From Octopus sinensis (Eukaryota): a DNA stretch of 64,000 nucleotides. Position 1 is the first letter of the stretch. Each line of letters begins with the position of its first letter. The stretch is from positions 101,246,001 to 101,310,000 of the forward strand of contig NC_043001.1 in assembly GCF_006345805.1 (NCBI RefSeq). Direction: 5' to 3'. A program made the position numbers and the translations under genes. The notes below the pieces were generated by a model. The model was not told the DNA's origin and ran no database searches. It worked only from the letters and a program-made list of their open reading frames with translations. This document shows positions 13,365 through 27,409 of this stretch, in pieces.

Positions 13365-13874
13365 GTATATATGTATGTATATGTATGTATAAATGTATAT
13401 ATGTATATATACGTACACACACAAAAAAGTGATAGATAGAAACATAGATAGATGTACGCATATATGCATGTACATGTATATTCATATAAATATATACATA
13501 TAAGTACATGCACAAATATAAGTCTATATGTATGCATATATATATATACATATATATTGTATATACACATCTATATGTGTGTGTGTATATATATGCATAT
13601 ATATGTAATACATACATACACACACACATTTGTATATACAATACATATACATACAGCTATATAAATGTGTGTGTGTATGCAAGTATATGTATATATGTGT
13701 GTGTGAGTATGTATATATATATGTATGTATATATGAATTCAATGAAAGAAAGAGATAAGCACATATATGTTCTTTTTGTCCTGTGATTCTTTTTATATAT
13801 ATATGTATTTCTACCCCTTTCCTTCTCTCTCTTCCTCTCTCTCTTTCTCAAATATATATATATATATATGTGCG

Positions 13875-13909
<35 letters not shown>

Positions 13910-13964
13910 TTATATACACACACAAACACACGTTCATATGCACACACACACGCACATATATATG

Positions 13965-14007
<43 letters not shown>

Positions 14008-14009
14008 TA

Positions 14010-14070
<61 letters not shown>

Positions 14071-14145
14071 GTATATATATTATATATATATATATATACA
14101 TTATATATATATATATATATACATACACACATATATATATATGTT
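13075..14145. repeat. Long degenerate (TA)n/(TG)n/(TATG)n microsatellite field
   Basis: Directly visible. Confidence 0.95.
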
Positions 14146-14311
14146 CTATGGACACAACAACAAAACCACACTAATGGAAACAAGATACAAATTGGGAATT
14201 TAATATTCAATAATATTCCTCCAGTGGCTGTTGGCTTGCATTATCTTGATTACCAAGAGACTGTAAACTTTTTCTTCCTATCCACATCACACAGTTCATA
14301 AGACCTGTTAT

Positions 14312-14361
<50 letters not shown>

Positions 14362-14459
14362 ACTGGCATGCTAATTTATATACACAATATATTTTTATGG
14401 CGATACATATGAATTTACGTATTTATGTGCACATTTTATCTACATATATATATATATAT

Positions 14460-14515
<56 letters not shown>

Positions 14516-16733
14516 GACGTATATACTGACATATGTATGTATTAATGTATGTATTGTCCTTTGTGTGTGTATGTGTGTGTGTTGCTTTCTTCTCTATTGA
14601 TTTCCTAAAGCCTTCAATAATCAACACAGTCTATCTCTAGTGTGGATTTGATAAGCTTCAACCGACCAAAAGATGTTTGATTTTCCCTCAACTTTCACAC
14701 ATAGAAATGAGTAATAACAATCATAATAATAATGATAAATATATTAATATTTACTATTATCTCTATTATTGTTAATGTTAATGTTTTAATTTTATTTTCG
14801 TGATCATAATATTTTTTTTTTAAAAAAAGTAAATGTTTATTATAGAAGACGCAAGAACCTTGAGCAGTTATTATGGTATAAATATTTGAAAAATATCAAA
14901 AACAAATTTTTTAACAAATTACCAAAATTTTTTTTTTTTTTTTTTGCTGTTTGAGAGTCACAGAATTTATTGAATGTAGAAATATTGCCTGACAATGGTC
15001 AACATGGATAAGTAAGTGACATTTCAGTCAAAACAATAACCAGAGGAATCTGTTTGCTCATATTCATTAAATTCAATTATTTGCTTTCAGAGAATAGTCT
15101 TTTTTTCATGAGATGAATATTTTTCTCTGAACAGAATTCATGACTTTTGAGAGAATCTCATGACAGAAATGAATGTCAATTCTTCGGCTGTTTCATCATT
15201 TGTAGCACATCCTTCGCTTTATTGTTCAGGTGCTAATAATATACCATTCTCGGTTTACTCCAGAATTCATCAATGGAGAAACAGCCTTGCAGATAGACTT
15301 GTTCAATGCATTCATGACTAAAAGTTTAATAACCATAGAACTGTCCACCAGAGTAATATTCAGAAGCCTTAGTAAGTGAAATGACAAAGTAGATATGGTT
15401 TTGCTATCAACAATTGTTGCAAGTCATTCATTTTAGCCATTTTTAAATTCCTTTTTTAACCTAGCCTTGTGGATTCAGAAAAAATACAGCTTTTGGTGAC
15501 AGGAAACAATGGATGTTAGTTGGAGTTATCAGATCCTGAAAGAAGCTTATCTCTCGTGTTCTTATTGCTATTAACCTGAGGCTAAATCTTGGCCTCTCTG
15601 AGTTTATTGACTCTCTCTCTAACTCTCTATCTATCTATCTATCTCTTTTGCCTCCCTCTCTTGTCTCCTTCTCCCTCTCCCTCTTCTCTCTTCCCCCTCT
15701 CTCTTTCATTTACACATGCACAAACACACACACACACATACACACACACATCTTTCTACAGTTTGTCTTGTAGGGTAAAGAGTCTCTTCCTGTTTCTCGT
15801 CCCCGACTTCCTACGAAACCAAAATATTTAGAATTATTCAAGACAACCCTAAACAGAGACAACACAACAAAAACCTTCAAGGTTGTTGCAAATACTATGC
15901 TCAAACATGGCTGAGTATCTCTCCCAGCAAACACACACTTGGCTTAACAAAGACTGCATCACAAATATTGGCCTTCCTCCTCAATGATAGAGAGATACTT
16001 AATACTTCAACAACTACCGACTGTCTAATTCACATGAATTAGAACTCCAGCATCTGGAATGTTGCTGCTCATCTCAAAGACCATTTGACTTCTGACCAAC
16101 TGAGCTGGCTCCTTCATCCCTTTGTTCCTTTCTCTCTTCTTTTACAATCATCTCTGTTTTACCTCATTCTTGCTGTTCTCATACCCCTTTTTCACTCAGC
16201 CACCTCTAACTCAATGAATGGAAAGTTTCTCACACTGTTCTGGATGCAGATTTGTTTGTTGATGGCAGACCAGGGGCAACATGACAACTGGAACGGTAGA
16301 AACAATAACACAGTTTTAATCATCATCATCACCACTATCATTATCATCATCATCATCATCATTATCACCATCCTCTTCATCAATACCATTACCATCACCA
16401 TCCTTATCATCATCATCATCATCACCATCATCATCATCATCGTTGTCATCATCATCTTCCATAATATCGCTCAGTTTCTTTCTTGTATTCCTGTATCCTC
16501 CCTCTTATTTGTTTCTCCCCTCCCCCTGTTACATTGACCTCACCCTGCTCGTTTCTTCATCTTTCCCTTTCTGCACACCTTCATCACCTACTCTCCCTTT
16601 TGGTTGTATATTATATGTGTTGTGTGTGTGTGCGTGCGTGTGTGTGTGTGTCTGTGTGTATATGTGTGTCTGTATGTGTGTGTGTGTGTCTGTGTGTGTG
16701 TGTGTCTGTGTGTGTGTGTGAGTGTGTGTGTGT

Positions 16734-16765
<32 letters not shown>

Positions 16766-16837
16766 CGCCATCAATTCTGATTCTTGAAATTTGCTCACTC
16801 TGCAGGGAAATGGTGATTGATGGTAGTTATAAGCACA

Positions 16838-16987
16838 ATGATGATGATGGTGTTGTTGTTGTTGGTGGTGGTGGTGGTGGTGACAAGGAAGAAGAGGAAG
16901 AGGAAGTGGTGGAGGAAGATGCCGTTGCTGATGACAATAGTGACAACGATGATAATGACGATGATGATGACGGTGATGATGACGGTG

Positions 16988-17019
<32 letters not shown>

Positions 17020-17142
17020 GATGACGACGATGATGATGACGATGATGATGTTGATGATGATGATGATGATGATGATGACGACAACGATGATGATGATGAT
17101 GATGACGACGACGATGATGATGATGATGATGATGATGATGAT
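16838..17142. repeat. (GAT/GAC)n microsatellite with GTT/GGT/GAA segments
   Basis: Directly visible. Confidence 0.95.
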
Positions 17143-17336
17143 CACTATGGCAATGACAGCCCTATTGCTTTCCGTGGATCATAACCATATTTTCGGTGTG
17201 TTAACAACTTCTCCTTCTCACTTTATTATTAGTATTTTCTCGGTTCAAATCTTGTTGAGGTTGTTTTGCCAAGGTCAATAAAATAAGTGATGAACTGATA
17301 CTGTTTCTTCCCCAGTCATGTGTCTGTGTTAGAAAC

Positions 17337-17390
17337 TATTACTATTGTTATTATTATTATTAATATTATTATTATAATTATTATTATTAC

Positions 17391-17427
<37 letters not shown>

Positions 17428-17585
17428 ATTATTATTATTATTACCATTATTATTATTACTATTATTATTATTATTATTATCATTATTATTATTATTATCA
17501 TTATTATTATTATTATAATTATTATTATTATTATCATTATTATTATTATTAATTTATTTATTTATCTATTTATTTATTTATTTAT
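17337..17585. repeat. (ATT)n microsatellite
   Basis: Directly visible. Confidence 0.95.
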
Positions 17586-18045
17586 GTTCAACTCCAACCG
17601 TTTTATGGCTTTGGTCTGTCTTGGTCACCAAATGCGTTGATATTGGGGTCTTAATGGCCAAACACTTCTTTGACAACCTTATCAACTATGCGGTGGGCTA
17701 ATAGTCGTCCAGCTGTTTGTCTGCATGTCACTGTCTGCCGTCTTGGAATAAATAACCAGAATGCTGGGAATAAACAAGGAAATAAAAAGAAGAAAACAAG
17801 CAGGAGACAGAAGAGGAAGAAAGCAAGAAGAAAAAGGAAGAGGAAGAAAGCAAGAAGAAAAAGGAAGAGGAAGAGGGAGAAAACAGTTTGGTAACTATTT
17901 TTGTTGGTGTAAATAATAAGTAGTCAGATGGCTTCAGGCACAAGTCATAGTGGTTGTTGCTGTTGTTCTTGTTGCTGTTGCTGCATCTGCTGCTGCTGTT
18001 GTTGTTGCTGCTGTTGTTCTGTTGGTGTTGTTGTTGCTGCTGCTG

Positions 18046-18430
18046 CTTGTTTGTTTGTTTGTTTGTTGAGTGAAGCGGTCTTCGCCCCTGAGTGTAGTGG
18101 GAGAAGTCCGAAACATGGTCCTTTGCTATTCGTAAGACCCGCAGAAGAGAAAGCAGGTCGACCCCCGACACCGAGCGCATCGATGGATGGATGAATGCGC
18201 ATCCAGGCTCAGCGGTTGCGTAGGAAGTCGGGGACGAGAAACAGGAAGAAAGAGTGAGAGAAAGTTGGAGCGAAAGAGTACAACAGGGGTCACTACCACC
18301 CCCTGCCGGAGCCTCGTGGAGCTTTAGGTGTTTTCGCTCAATAAACACACACAATGCCCGGTCTGGGAATCGAAACCGCTATCCTCCGACCACAAGTCCA
18401 CTGCCCTTACCATTGGGCCATTGTGCCTCC
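18046..18430 (-). mobile_element. GC-rich tRNA-derived SINE, family D, inserted in a (CAG/CAA)n tract
   Basis: Reverse complement GGAGGCACAATGGCCCAATGGTAAGG (A box)...GGTTTCGATTCCCAGACC (B box)...tail (CAAA)n; the internal piece CTTCCTGTTTCTCGTCCCCGACTTCCTACG also occurs at ~15786-15815. Confidence 0.85.
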
Positions 18431-18960
18431 ACTGCTGTTGCTGTGGCTGCTGCTGCTGCTGCTGTTGTTCTCCTTGTCCTCATCTCGGCTAAGGTCAATT
18501 TGATAGAACGACCTAACGGTGGTCATTTTCCTTGTTCCTTTTGCTTTTTGCAAGTGGAACCATGATTGCATTTCCTCGTGGAGGTGCCGTTTTCCTTGTA
18601 CAATAATGCGATGCGATTGGAACAAGACTTGGCTCCTGCTTTTAGCAAGTCAACTGACCACACAGACTCCCTTGTTGTTTGATTATCATGAGATGATGAC
18701 AATCATGACCATGTTATGCTTACTGATGACGCTACTGATAATGATGATGATGATGATGATGATAATGATCATCATGATATCATCATCATCATCATTGTAT
18801 AAACACAACTTTCTGTCCATAGTGTTCGTCGTCTTTTTCTTCGTTTTAATGAAATTAATTCACGTCTTCGCTGGGTTAACTTGTGTTCTTTCTGATTATC
18901 AAAGTTTCTTAATTATTCAAAGAGGTGGCAGGAAAGAGAAGTTATATACAAGTGTATGCA

Positions 18961-19003
<43 letters not shown>

Positions 19004-19035
19004 TTATGTATATGGGACACTGAGAGGAAAGAATA

Positions 19036-19080
<45 letters not shown>

Positions 19081-19169
19081 GTGTGGAAAAAGTTGAAGTG
19101 ACACATTTATATGTGGATGCATACATATGTGTATATATGCATCTTTGTGAGTGTGTCTCATTTTCTTCA

Positions 19170-19550
19170 TGCACACACACATACACACACACACACACAT
19201 ATATATATACAGACACACACTCACACACACACATATATATACACACAGACACACACTCACACACACATATATATATACAGACACACACTCACACACACAC
19301 ATATATATATATACACAGACACACTCACACACACACATATATATACAGACACACACTCACACACACATATATATACAGACACACACTCACACACACATAT
19401 ATATACAGACACACACTCACACACACATATATATACACACAGACACACTCACACACACACACATATACACACAGACACACTCACACACACATATATATAT
19501 ACAGACACACACTCACACACATATATATATATACACACAGACACACACAC
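19170..19550. repeat. Higher-order minisatellite built from CA/TA microsatellite (~24-28-bp unit ACAGACACACACTCACACACACATATAT)
   Basis: About 12 variable units visible. Confidence 0.9.
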
Positions 19551-20621
19551 TCTATACAATGCACTAAATATGTCTCACTTTCTCCATACACATGTGTGTG
19601 TGTGTATTGTGTATGTGTGTGTGTGTGTCAATGTTTAGTTTTCTGTCAATGTGTATTTGTGTGTTTGTGTAATTGTGTAAATGTGTGTGTATGTTGTGCA
19701 TGTATGAGTGCACGTGTGTATAGTGTGTGCATGTGTGTCGATGTTTAGTTTTTTGTGAATGTGTGTTTGTGTGTTTGTGTACTTGTGTGTGTATGTATGC
19801 GTGTACATGTGTATAGTGCGTGTGTGTCAATGTTTAGTTTTGTGTGTTTGTGTGTTTGTGTATATGTTTGTGTGTATCATATTCATTCATTTAAATATTT
19901 TATCCATTTAATTTTTATGGATATGTTTGTTGATGTGTCAAGAATATTTCCAGAAAACAAGCCAAGAGAGTCTGATTGGTTCCAGCAAGTTACAGCAACC
20001 CCCCCAGCATCACCATAACCAGCACTAGTACCACTGTCACCATCATCATCATCATCATCATCATCACCATTAACCTTACCATTCGAAAATGGACAAAAAA
20101 AATGAAAACCATGTATATGAAGATATATATATATACATACATGCCCTCACATATGCATATATATCCTTATATATTCATATATATAAATGTGTTTGTGTGT
20201 GTTCCCATGTGTGTATATGTATGTACATACACGTATATGTATATATCTATATGTGTGTGTGTGTGTGTGTTCGTACATACACATGCACACAAATGTACAC
20301 AGACATAAACACACAGAAACCAAAGTATTCACACATATAAATCAAACGAACCAAGAGTGAGTCTGTTGTCAGAGTTGCATGAAGGATGAGAGAATTTGGA
20401 AAAGATTATCTTTGCTCTAATATGTCGCCAACAAAAAAGAGGAAGCTGAACCCGAGGTAAATTTGCGAGAGTAGTCTTGTAATGTTGTTTTAGTTACAGC
20501 AGCCATTGCCATTGTTGTTGTTGTTGGTGGTGGTAGTGGTGGCATTGGCTCACACATACAAACATATATGTACGTACCTACATCTACATGTATATATACA
20601 TGCATATATAAATATATATAC

Positions 20622-21160
20622 GTGAGTACAGGACACCACAACCAGACGTAGAACTCAACGAGAAACGAAAAAGGAAAAACCAATTTTTTTTACAACAGAA
20701 AAACAGAGACGTAGAACTCAACAAGAAACGAAAACAGAAAAACCATTTTTTTACAACAGAAAAACAGAGTACAGGACATACTACACAAGGAAAAATCCCC
20801 TATCATCAGCTGTCACTAGTTCGACTCCAGCGTGTTTCGAAGGCAAGACAGGACATGACTCGCCAAACTAGTCCTTCCTGCAAGAGAATTAAAATAAAAT
20901 TACCTTGCAGAGGGGTAAACACAAGCAAGAAAAAAATGTAACACAAACAGGACGTAAAAACGATACAAATAAAACTACAAAATAAAATACAAGATAAAAA
21001 TACATGTACAAGAAAATACAATACGAGAAATAAAAAGAAAATACAATACGAGAAATAAAAATAAACAAGAAAACAAATGAAAAGGCCTTTTTTCTGGCTT
21101 AGACGAGGAGATTCTAGCAGCGCATGGGAACACAGATGTGTGTCTTTACAGTTTGAAAGC
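20622..21160 (-). mobile_element. (TA)n-adjacent T-rich element, possibly a Penelope-like terminus; related to 36040-36421
   Basis: Shares GTCAYGTCYTGT...CRAAA...GACARCTGATGA(T)AGGG and a 3' end TYCTGTACYCA-(TA)n with the copy at 36040; internal ~63-bp and ~22-bp duplications. Confidence 0.5.
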
Positions 21161-21164
21161 CGCG

Positions 21165-21293
21165 TTTAATCGACCCTGAAAGGATGAAAGGCAAAGTCGA
21201 CCTCAGCAAAATTTGAACTCAGAACGTAGCGGCAGACGAAATACCGCTAAGAATTTCGACCGGCGTGCTAACATTTCTACCAGCTCGCCGCCT
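21165..21293 (-). mobile_element. SINE family B, 5' part
   Basis: Reverse complement AAGGCGGCGAGCTGGTAGAAATGTTAGCACGCCGG...GTTCTGAGTTCAAATT. Confidence 0.85.
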
Positions 21294-21468
21294 TAATATA
21301 TACACATACATATACAAATATGCATGCGCATATACACTCACATACACAGATACAAAATACTGTAGAAAAATAAAGACTGAAAAAAGGTGAAAGAAGGAGA
21401 GAGAATGATGATGATGAAGTGGACGAGGATGACGATGATAATGATGAAGATGACGATGGTGGTGAGGA

Positions 21469-21502
<34 letters not shown>

Positions 21503-22131
21503 GATGATGAAGACAACGATGACAACAAAGAAGAAGATGACGATGATGACGATGGTTATGATGATGAATAATAGACAATAACAAAAAAAAAAAAACCATC
21601 TCCGGTATGATAACTCACTCATTGATGAATTGATGGTAAGTAGGATGGAGGCAGTCAGCTTGGTTACAATGGTTAAATTAATACAGATTCACCATTTATA
21701 ATAAATACTTGAAATAAATGGAGTGAGGTCAAAATTAAAATTTACATCTCCAAATAGTTTTATAAACACATACAAATGTACATAGTTATAGAGAAATGAA
21801 CGTAGAGGCACACACACACACACACACACTCACACACACATATATGTGTGCATAGATAAACACAGAGATACAGAATATAAATATATAAACAAACAAAAAA
21901 TATAAATAGATATAAACGGATATATATATATATATTACATTTTGATATGATTGAGTATTGTAGATTTCAGAATAAAATTTTTGAATAGTATAAAAGAAAA
22001 GGAAAATGTAATGGTTAAATGTAAGGCACTAAAATGATTAAAATGGTACAAAAGGAACAGAGAAATAAATCCATTATAGAAGAAAACATATAAAAATTAT
22101 CCCAAGTACACTACTCTCATGCATAAATTAT

Positions 22132-22179
<48 letters not shown>

Positions 22180-22207
22180 TATCATCATCATCACTATCAT
22201 TATTATT

Positions 22208-22390
22208 AAGGCAGCAAGCTGGCAGAATGATTAGCATGCCAAGCAAAATGCTTAGCAGCATTTCATCATCTGCCGATACGTTCTGAGTTCAAATTCCACA
22301 GAGGTTGACTTTCCCTTTCATCCTTTCAGGGTCAATTAATTCACTTAATCTCTCACCCCAAATTTGAGGCCTTGTGCTTCCAGTAGAAAG
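22208..22390 (+). mobile_element. SINE family B
   Basis: AAGGCAGCAAGCTGGCAGAATG...TTCATCCTTTCAGGGTC...CCAGTAGAAAGG-(ATT)n. Confidence 0.85.
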
Positions 22391-22404
22391 GATTATTATC
22401 ATCA

Positions 22405-22448
<44 letters not shown>

Positions 22449-22530
22449 GTTGTTGTTGTTGTTGTTGTTGTTATTGTTATTATTACTATTATCATCATCA
22501 TCATCATTATTATTGTTATTGTTGCTGTTA

Positions 22531-22574
<44 letters not shown>

Positions 22575-22664
22575 ATTATTATTATTAATATTAATATTAT
22601 TATTATTATTGTTGTTGTTGTTATTGTTATTATTACTATTATTATTATTATCATCATCATCATT

Positions 22665-22890
22665 GAGGGTGCATGGCCTTGTGGTTGAGGTGTTGCACTC
22701 ATGATCATAGTTTCAATTCCTATGATCCTTTCAACACCTGACGAGTGGTACACAGTGCACTTGTTCAGGCAACATCGATTTGATGAAGGGAGTGAGGAGC
22801 AAATGTTCAGCACAAACATTTGATCACTTTAAACAAATCCTTTTAGCAGGTCATTCAGCAGAAAAAGCTGAACACTCTTATGTCATCTTC
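22665..22890 (+). mobile_element. Degenerate tRNA-headed SINE-like element between (ATT)n tracts
   Basis: GAGGGTGCATGGCCTTGTGGTTGAGG (A box-like)...GTTTCAATTCC (B box-like). Confidence 0.55.
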
Positions 22891-22972
22891 AATATTATTA
22901 TTATTATTATTGTTATTATTATTATTGTTATTATTATTATTATTATTATTATTGTTGTTATTATTATTATTA

Positions 22973-23032
<60 letters not shown>

Positions 23033-23123
23033 TATTATTAATATTATTATTATAATTATTATTATTATTATTATTATTATCATTATTATATTATATTATT
23101 ATATTATTATTATTATTATTATT

Positions 23124-23593
23124 GAGTGAGAGAGCAGTTCATGCCATCAAAGTGACACTGGGGTAAAATATATGAAGCCCAATATACCCATCATGACTAC
23201 CCGTCTGATAAAGGTACACCAGGCACATGCATCACAACCATATGTGCGCGACATGGTGATCTCATATCAAGATAAACAGCACATGACCTTGCAGGTGGGG
23301 CCCAGTTAGAATTTCTTCAGGTGAGTAGCCCATCCCGCTCAAACGGTCCCTGAATAAGGGTTGTTTAAGGATGTTGAAAGAACCACCCATGTTTCCAGAG
23401 GTGAACTATTCAAACCCCAAAGAATCCCTCTCAACACATGGCTATGATGCTCCTCCACTACTTCTGCTCGTGATCAGAGATGCACATATCGTCAGCCACT
23501 AAGGGACATGCTCAACTGGTTACGGTCAAACAACTGACAAGCAAATCTGTGGTATTGAGCAGAATATTTGCTGTAGCCCATCTTTTATACCAA
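23124..23593. mobile_element. Unclassified ~470-bp non-coding insertion in (ATT)n
   Basis: GC-richer block with sharp borders and (ATT)n on both sides; no protein similarity recognised. Confidence 0.45.
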
Positions 23594-23628
<35 letters not shown>

Positions 23629-24121
23629 CATCATTATTATTGAACACCTTCATCAAATTTTTGGTATTATTATTTATTATTATTATTATTATTATTATCA
23701 TCATTATTATTGAACACCTTCATCAAATTTTTGGTACAAGGCTAGCAAATTTGGAGGAAGGGGATAAGTCAATTAAATCAACTCCAGTTTCCCCCAAAAG
23801 GATGAAAGGCAAAATCAACCACGATGGAAATTGAACTCAGAACATAAAGACAGACGAAATGCCACTAAGCATCTTTCCCATGCTCATCATCATTATCATT
23901 ACCTAATTTAATAACTTTCATTTCATGAATAGCAAGACTTTTTTTTTTTTTTCATTTCAGATAATTCAAAAATGTTGAAGAATTTAAAATGTTCTCTTTA
24001 TTCAGTGAAGAACTACGTTTGGCCTTTATAGTCTCCAATATTTCAATGTACAAATTACAAAACAGTTCTTTCAGCCTCCATGATGAAGTTGAATTTAAAC
24101 GAAATCACTCCAGGTCATACA

Positions 24122-24225
24122 TTATTACCTCCGCCTTAGCAAAGGCAGAGGTATTGTTTTCAGTCATGTTTGTTTGTCTGTGGACAAGATATCTCAAGAA
24201 CCGCTTGGTGGATTCAGATGAATTG
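24122..24225 (+). mobile_element. Helentron/DINE-like non-autonomous element, 5' end
   Basis: TTATTACCTCCGCC...GAGGTATTGTTTTC...(GTTT/GTCT)n...GATATCTCAAGAACC...GGATTCAGATGAA resembles the DINE/HINE layout (recalled pattern). Confidence 0.5.
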
Positions 24226-25613
24226 TGGCTCCGATTCCCAGACCAAACGGTGCCTTGTGTTCTTCAGCAGAATCCTTTATTTCATGTTTGCTCTGCGGTC
24301 ATTCCAACACTTGTCACAATGGATCACTTGTGCTCCCGTCAGACAATGGTGATCTGATGGAAGGAGTGAGCTTAAGGGCAACACAAACAGTTGACCCCTA
24401 TAAACAAATCATCCCTGTGTCTGTTCAGCAAGATATTGTGAAATCGTCATCCATCGTCTAACGACGTGGGAGTCCATGATATATGCACATACATATGTAT
24501 ACATATGTAAATACACACACACACGCACATACACACATACATATCTACATCTATATATGCATGTGTCTATATATTTTACTGAATTAATATTGTGGCAAAA
24601 CAGTTTGATTTTGCTCATTTGTATACAAATTAACAAAAACAGGAATTCTTTGTTAAACCATTTCAATCTGTAAAATATGAATATTTCTTGCCCAGTTCTG
24701 TTATTTTACTTGTATAAACTCATCTTTGGATTTCTGGCTTCTTTCATCTTTGATTCAGTTATTTTCCTGTGTGTATGCTTGCGTGTGTGTGTGTATGCTT
24801 GTATGTGTGTATGCTGGTGTGTGTGTATGCTTGTGTATGTGTGTGTATTTGTGTGTATGCTTGCGTGTGTATATATGCTGGAGTGTATGTATCTTTGTGT
24901 GTGTGCATCTGTTTATTTGAGTGTATGTGTGCACGCATGCACGTGTGTGTGTTTGTGAATGCTTGTATTTGTTTCTTTACTAATGTGTATGTTTAAATGT
25001 ATTTCTCTCTATTGCTAGTGAGTATATATTCAGACGAGCATAAAATATTTCTGAATTTTGATGGAATCGGTAAGAACAGGAAATGTTTTTAGTTTATTGT
25101 AAAAATGTAATTTCTTCAGTCATTGGTTTTCTTTGTCGGTCAAATAATCTTTTGATCTTGTCACACAGACATCTTTCCTATAATCTCCATTCAAAGACAC
25201 TATCAGAGAACTGGCATAATTCTTGAAAAACATTCGAAGATATCATTCTCTAAACTACAGCTAAAGACTATCAATGTAATAGCTGCCCTGTTGCTATTCT
25301 TGACAATAGGGCAACTTGAATAGGCTTAAAATAGCTGCCTAATCTCCCTTTAATCATATTGTAACAATTTAAGAACGGAAAGACATATTGGATAAGGTCA
25401 TCTTGGATATACTGGACATACTACTGTGGCCGTCTGAAGAGGGTTGGTTTTGTGTGTGGAAGTGACTTGATGAGTTGATGAATGAAAATATGTTTTCTGG
25501 GCTGCATGTAGAAATAACTGAACAACATCCACAAACATTTCATAGAAGGTTTTATTTTCATATTATGGAGATGTACATGCATAGCAAGTGACCTGATCTG
25601 AGATCGTGTGATG

Positions 25614-25920
25614 GAAATGAAAACAATTGCAGCGTGGAAGGTGTTTATAAGCCATTTAAGAAACACACAAAACCTGTTAGATTCACTTCAAGATTTAAAT
25701 TTAATTTGCCAAAATATTTTCGTCACTTTGAGACATGACCTATTTACTGACAAAATTCCGAGATGCTGCACGGAGCTTTGTCAGTGAACAGGTTGCAGTC
25801 TGAAAGCAACGATAAATATTTTGACAAATTAAATTTAAATGTTGAAGTGAATCTAAGGGGTTTTTGTGTGTTTCTTAAATGGCTTATAAACACCTTCCAC
25901 GCTGCAATTGTTTTATTTTC
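25614..25920. mobile_element. Fold-back (palindromic) MITE-like element, ~145-bp arms
   Basis: AAACAATTGCAGCGTGGAAGGTGTTTATAAGCCATTTAAGAAACACACAAAA... is mirrored by ...TTTTGTGTGTTTCTTAAATGGCTTATAAACACCTTCCACGCTGCAATTGTTT; ~10-nt loop near 25761-25770. Confidence 0.85.
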
Positions 25921-27178
25921 ATACATAAAGACAAAACTGCGTTTGTCTTTTTCAGCAAAAATTACATTCTGGGAGAGAGGTACTGCCTGGAGTTTGTAGC
26001 AAGCTTTTGATACAACAACATGTGGCTTGCATATCATAACTGGAAACAATTGTGCTACATTCGTGGTGATGGCGGTTCCTGTCATCTATTTGTGCCATCT
26101 GTCTTAAATGCTTTCTTGGGTCATCTGGTTCCTAAGAATGTATAAATGGTTTTTATAAAGAACTGGAAGTCAAATTCTAGAATGTTTGAGAAAATCTCTC
26201 CACATTATTAGCTGGTTAATAGACCAGTCACATGAAACTATGGTGATTTTTTGATGATGCCTGACTGCATATCCAGGGATTCAGTTTCATATCCCTGTTA
26301 TTCAATGGTCATTGTTGCTGCATCTTCCATTGATGGTTAACTGGATTAGAACTGGCCTGGTGCTAAACCATAGCAACAACTGAGGACATTTATCTAAATA
26401 TTTTATACAAAGTTTCTCTCTGGGGACAGTATACTTCTCAGATCAGCTTCTATGGAGCCAAACAACCTGCTAGAAATAGCAGCCAAATCCCTCCCTCAAT
26501 GCATACCCTAATTTCTTCAGGAAAACGAAAACATTAAGATGATATGGTCTGAGATTAAACTGTCTGACAAGAGATGTGATGAAGCATCACTAATCATACA
26601 TTTACTTGACCAGAGATGACCTGTAGCTAAACAACAAAGGACATGATGGACGGTGTTGTTGTCAGATGCCTGTCTTCTTGATCAAGACTGATCTACCGCT
26701 AACCAACCATAATTACAGATTCACTGTTGTTGTCTCTGTTCATTTTTAATTTACAACCAGTATTTACTTAAAATCGTAATCTTTGCAACCACCTGGCTGT
26801 GAGCTCAATCCTACGCCATGGAACACTGAGCAGGTGTCCTTTACACTAGCCCCAGGCTCACCAATGCCCTCTGAGGGGAAGATATGGTGATAAATATTCA
26901 TCCTGCTTCGCCTTCGTTGTTGATCTAATATTTATGTCATTCACATGATGTGTGTTTGTCTTCTGTGACTGGACATTTCTTATTCAATGGCCTTTTGTTG
27001 CATTGGCTGAATCTTGTATTATATATGATCGGTCGGGTACATGTACGTATTTCAGTGTGCGTGTGTGCGTGTGTGTATGTGTGTGTGTGCATGTGGATGT
27101 GTGTGTGTGCATGTACATGTGTACATGAGTGTGTGCATCCCTTCTACTTATTTTTTTAATATAGTTTGCTTCTCTAAC

Positions 27179-27209
<31 letters not shown>

Positions 27210-27409
27210 TCAATGACACACATACACACACACACACTTTCACACACAATCACACACACACACTTTCACACACACTAACATAGTTGGTGTAGATATTTCC
27301 TTTCATCCTCATTCAGAGTTCTTTATCCCCACTCAACACATTTGTGGACAAAATGTTTAGTAAAGACAAAGAAATCCTGTTTCATCCTCCTCCTCCTCCT
27401 CCTCCTCAT

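Noticed and set aside
15160-15321. 53-aa ORF in unique sequence
   Set aside because: No recognisable similarity or gene structure
16483-17184. 233-aa ORF with poly-Asp, resembling an acidic biomineralisation protein
   Set aside because: Translation of (TG)n and (GAT)n microsatellites; no splice or domain support
18078-18125. CTGAGTG...CCGAAACATGGTC hammerhead-like string antisense to SINE D
   Set aside because: The core is not CUGANGA, and no stem II or stem I can be formed
17945-18202. Minus-strand ORF ending in poly-Q, resembling a transcription-factor exon
   Set aside because: It lies in the body of a tRNA-derived SINE running into a (CAG/CAA)n microsatellite
18519-19748. Longest ORF in the track (409 aa)
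   Set aside because: Stop-free only because it runs through dinucleotide and trinucleotide repeats
23961-24113. Possible exon after a strong polypyrimidine-CAG acceptor
   Set aside because: All frames from the acceptor hit stops, the donor is weak and there is no recognisable protein; a non-coding exon cannot be excluded
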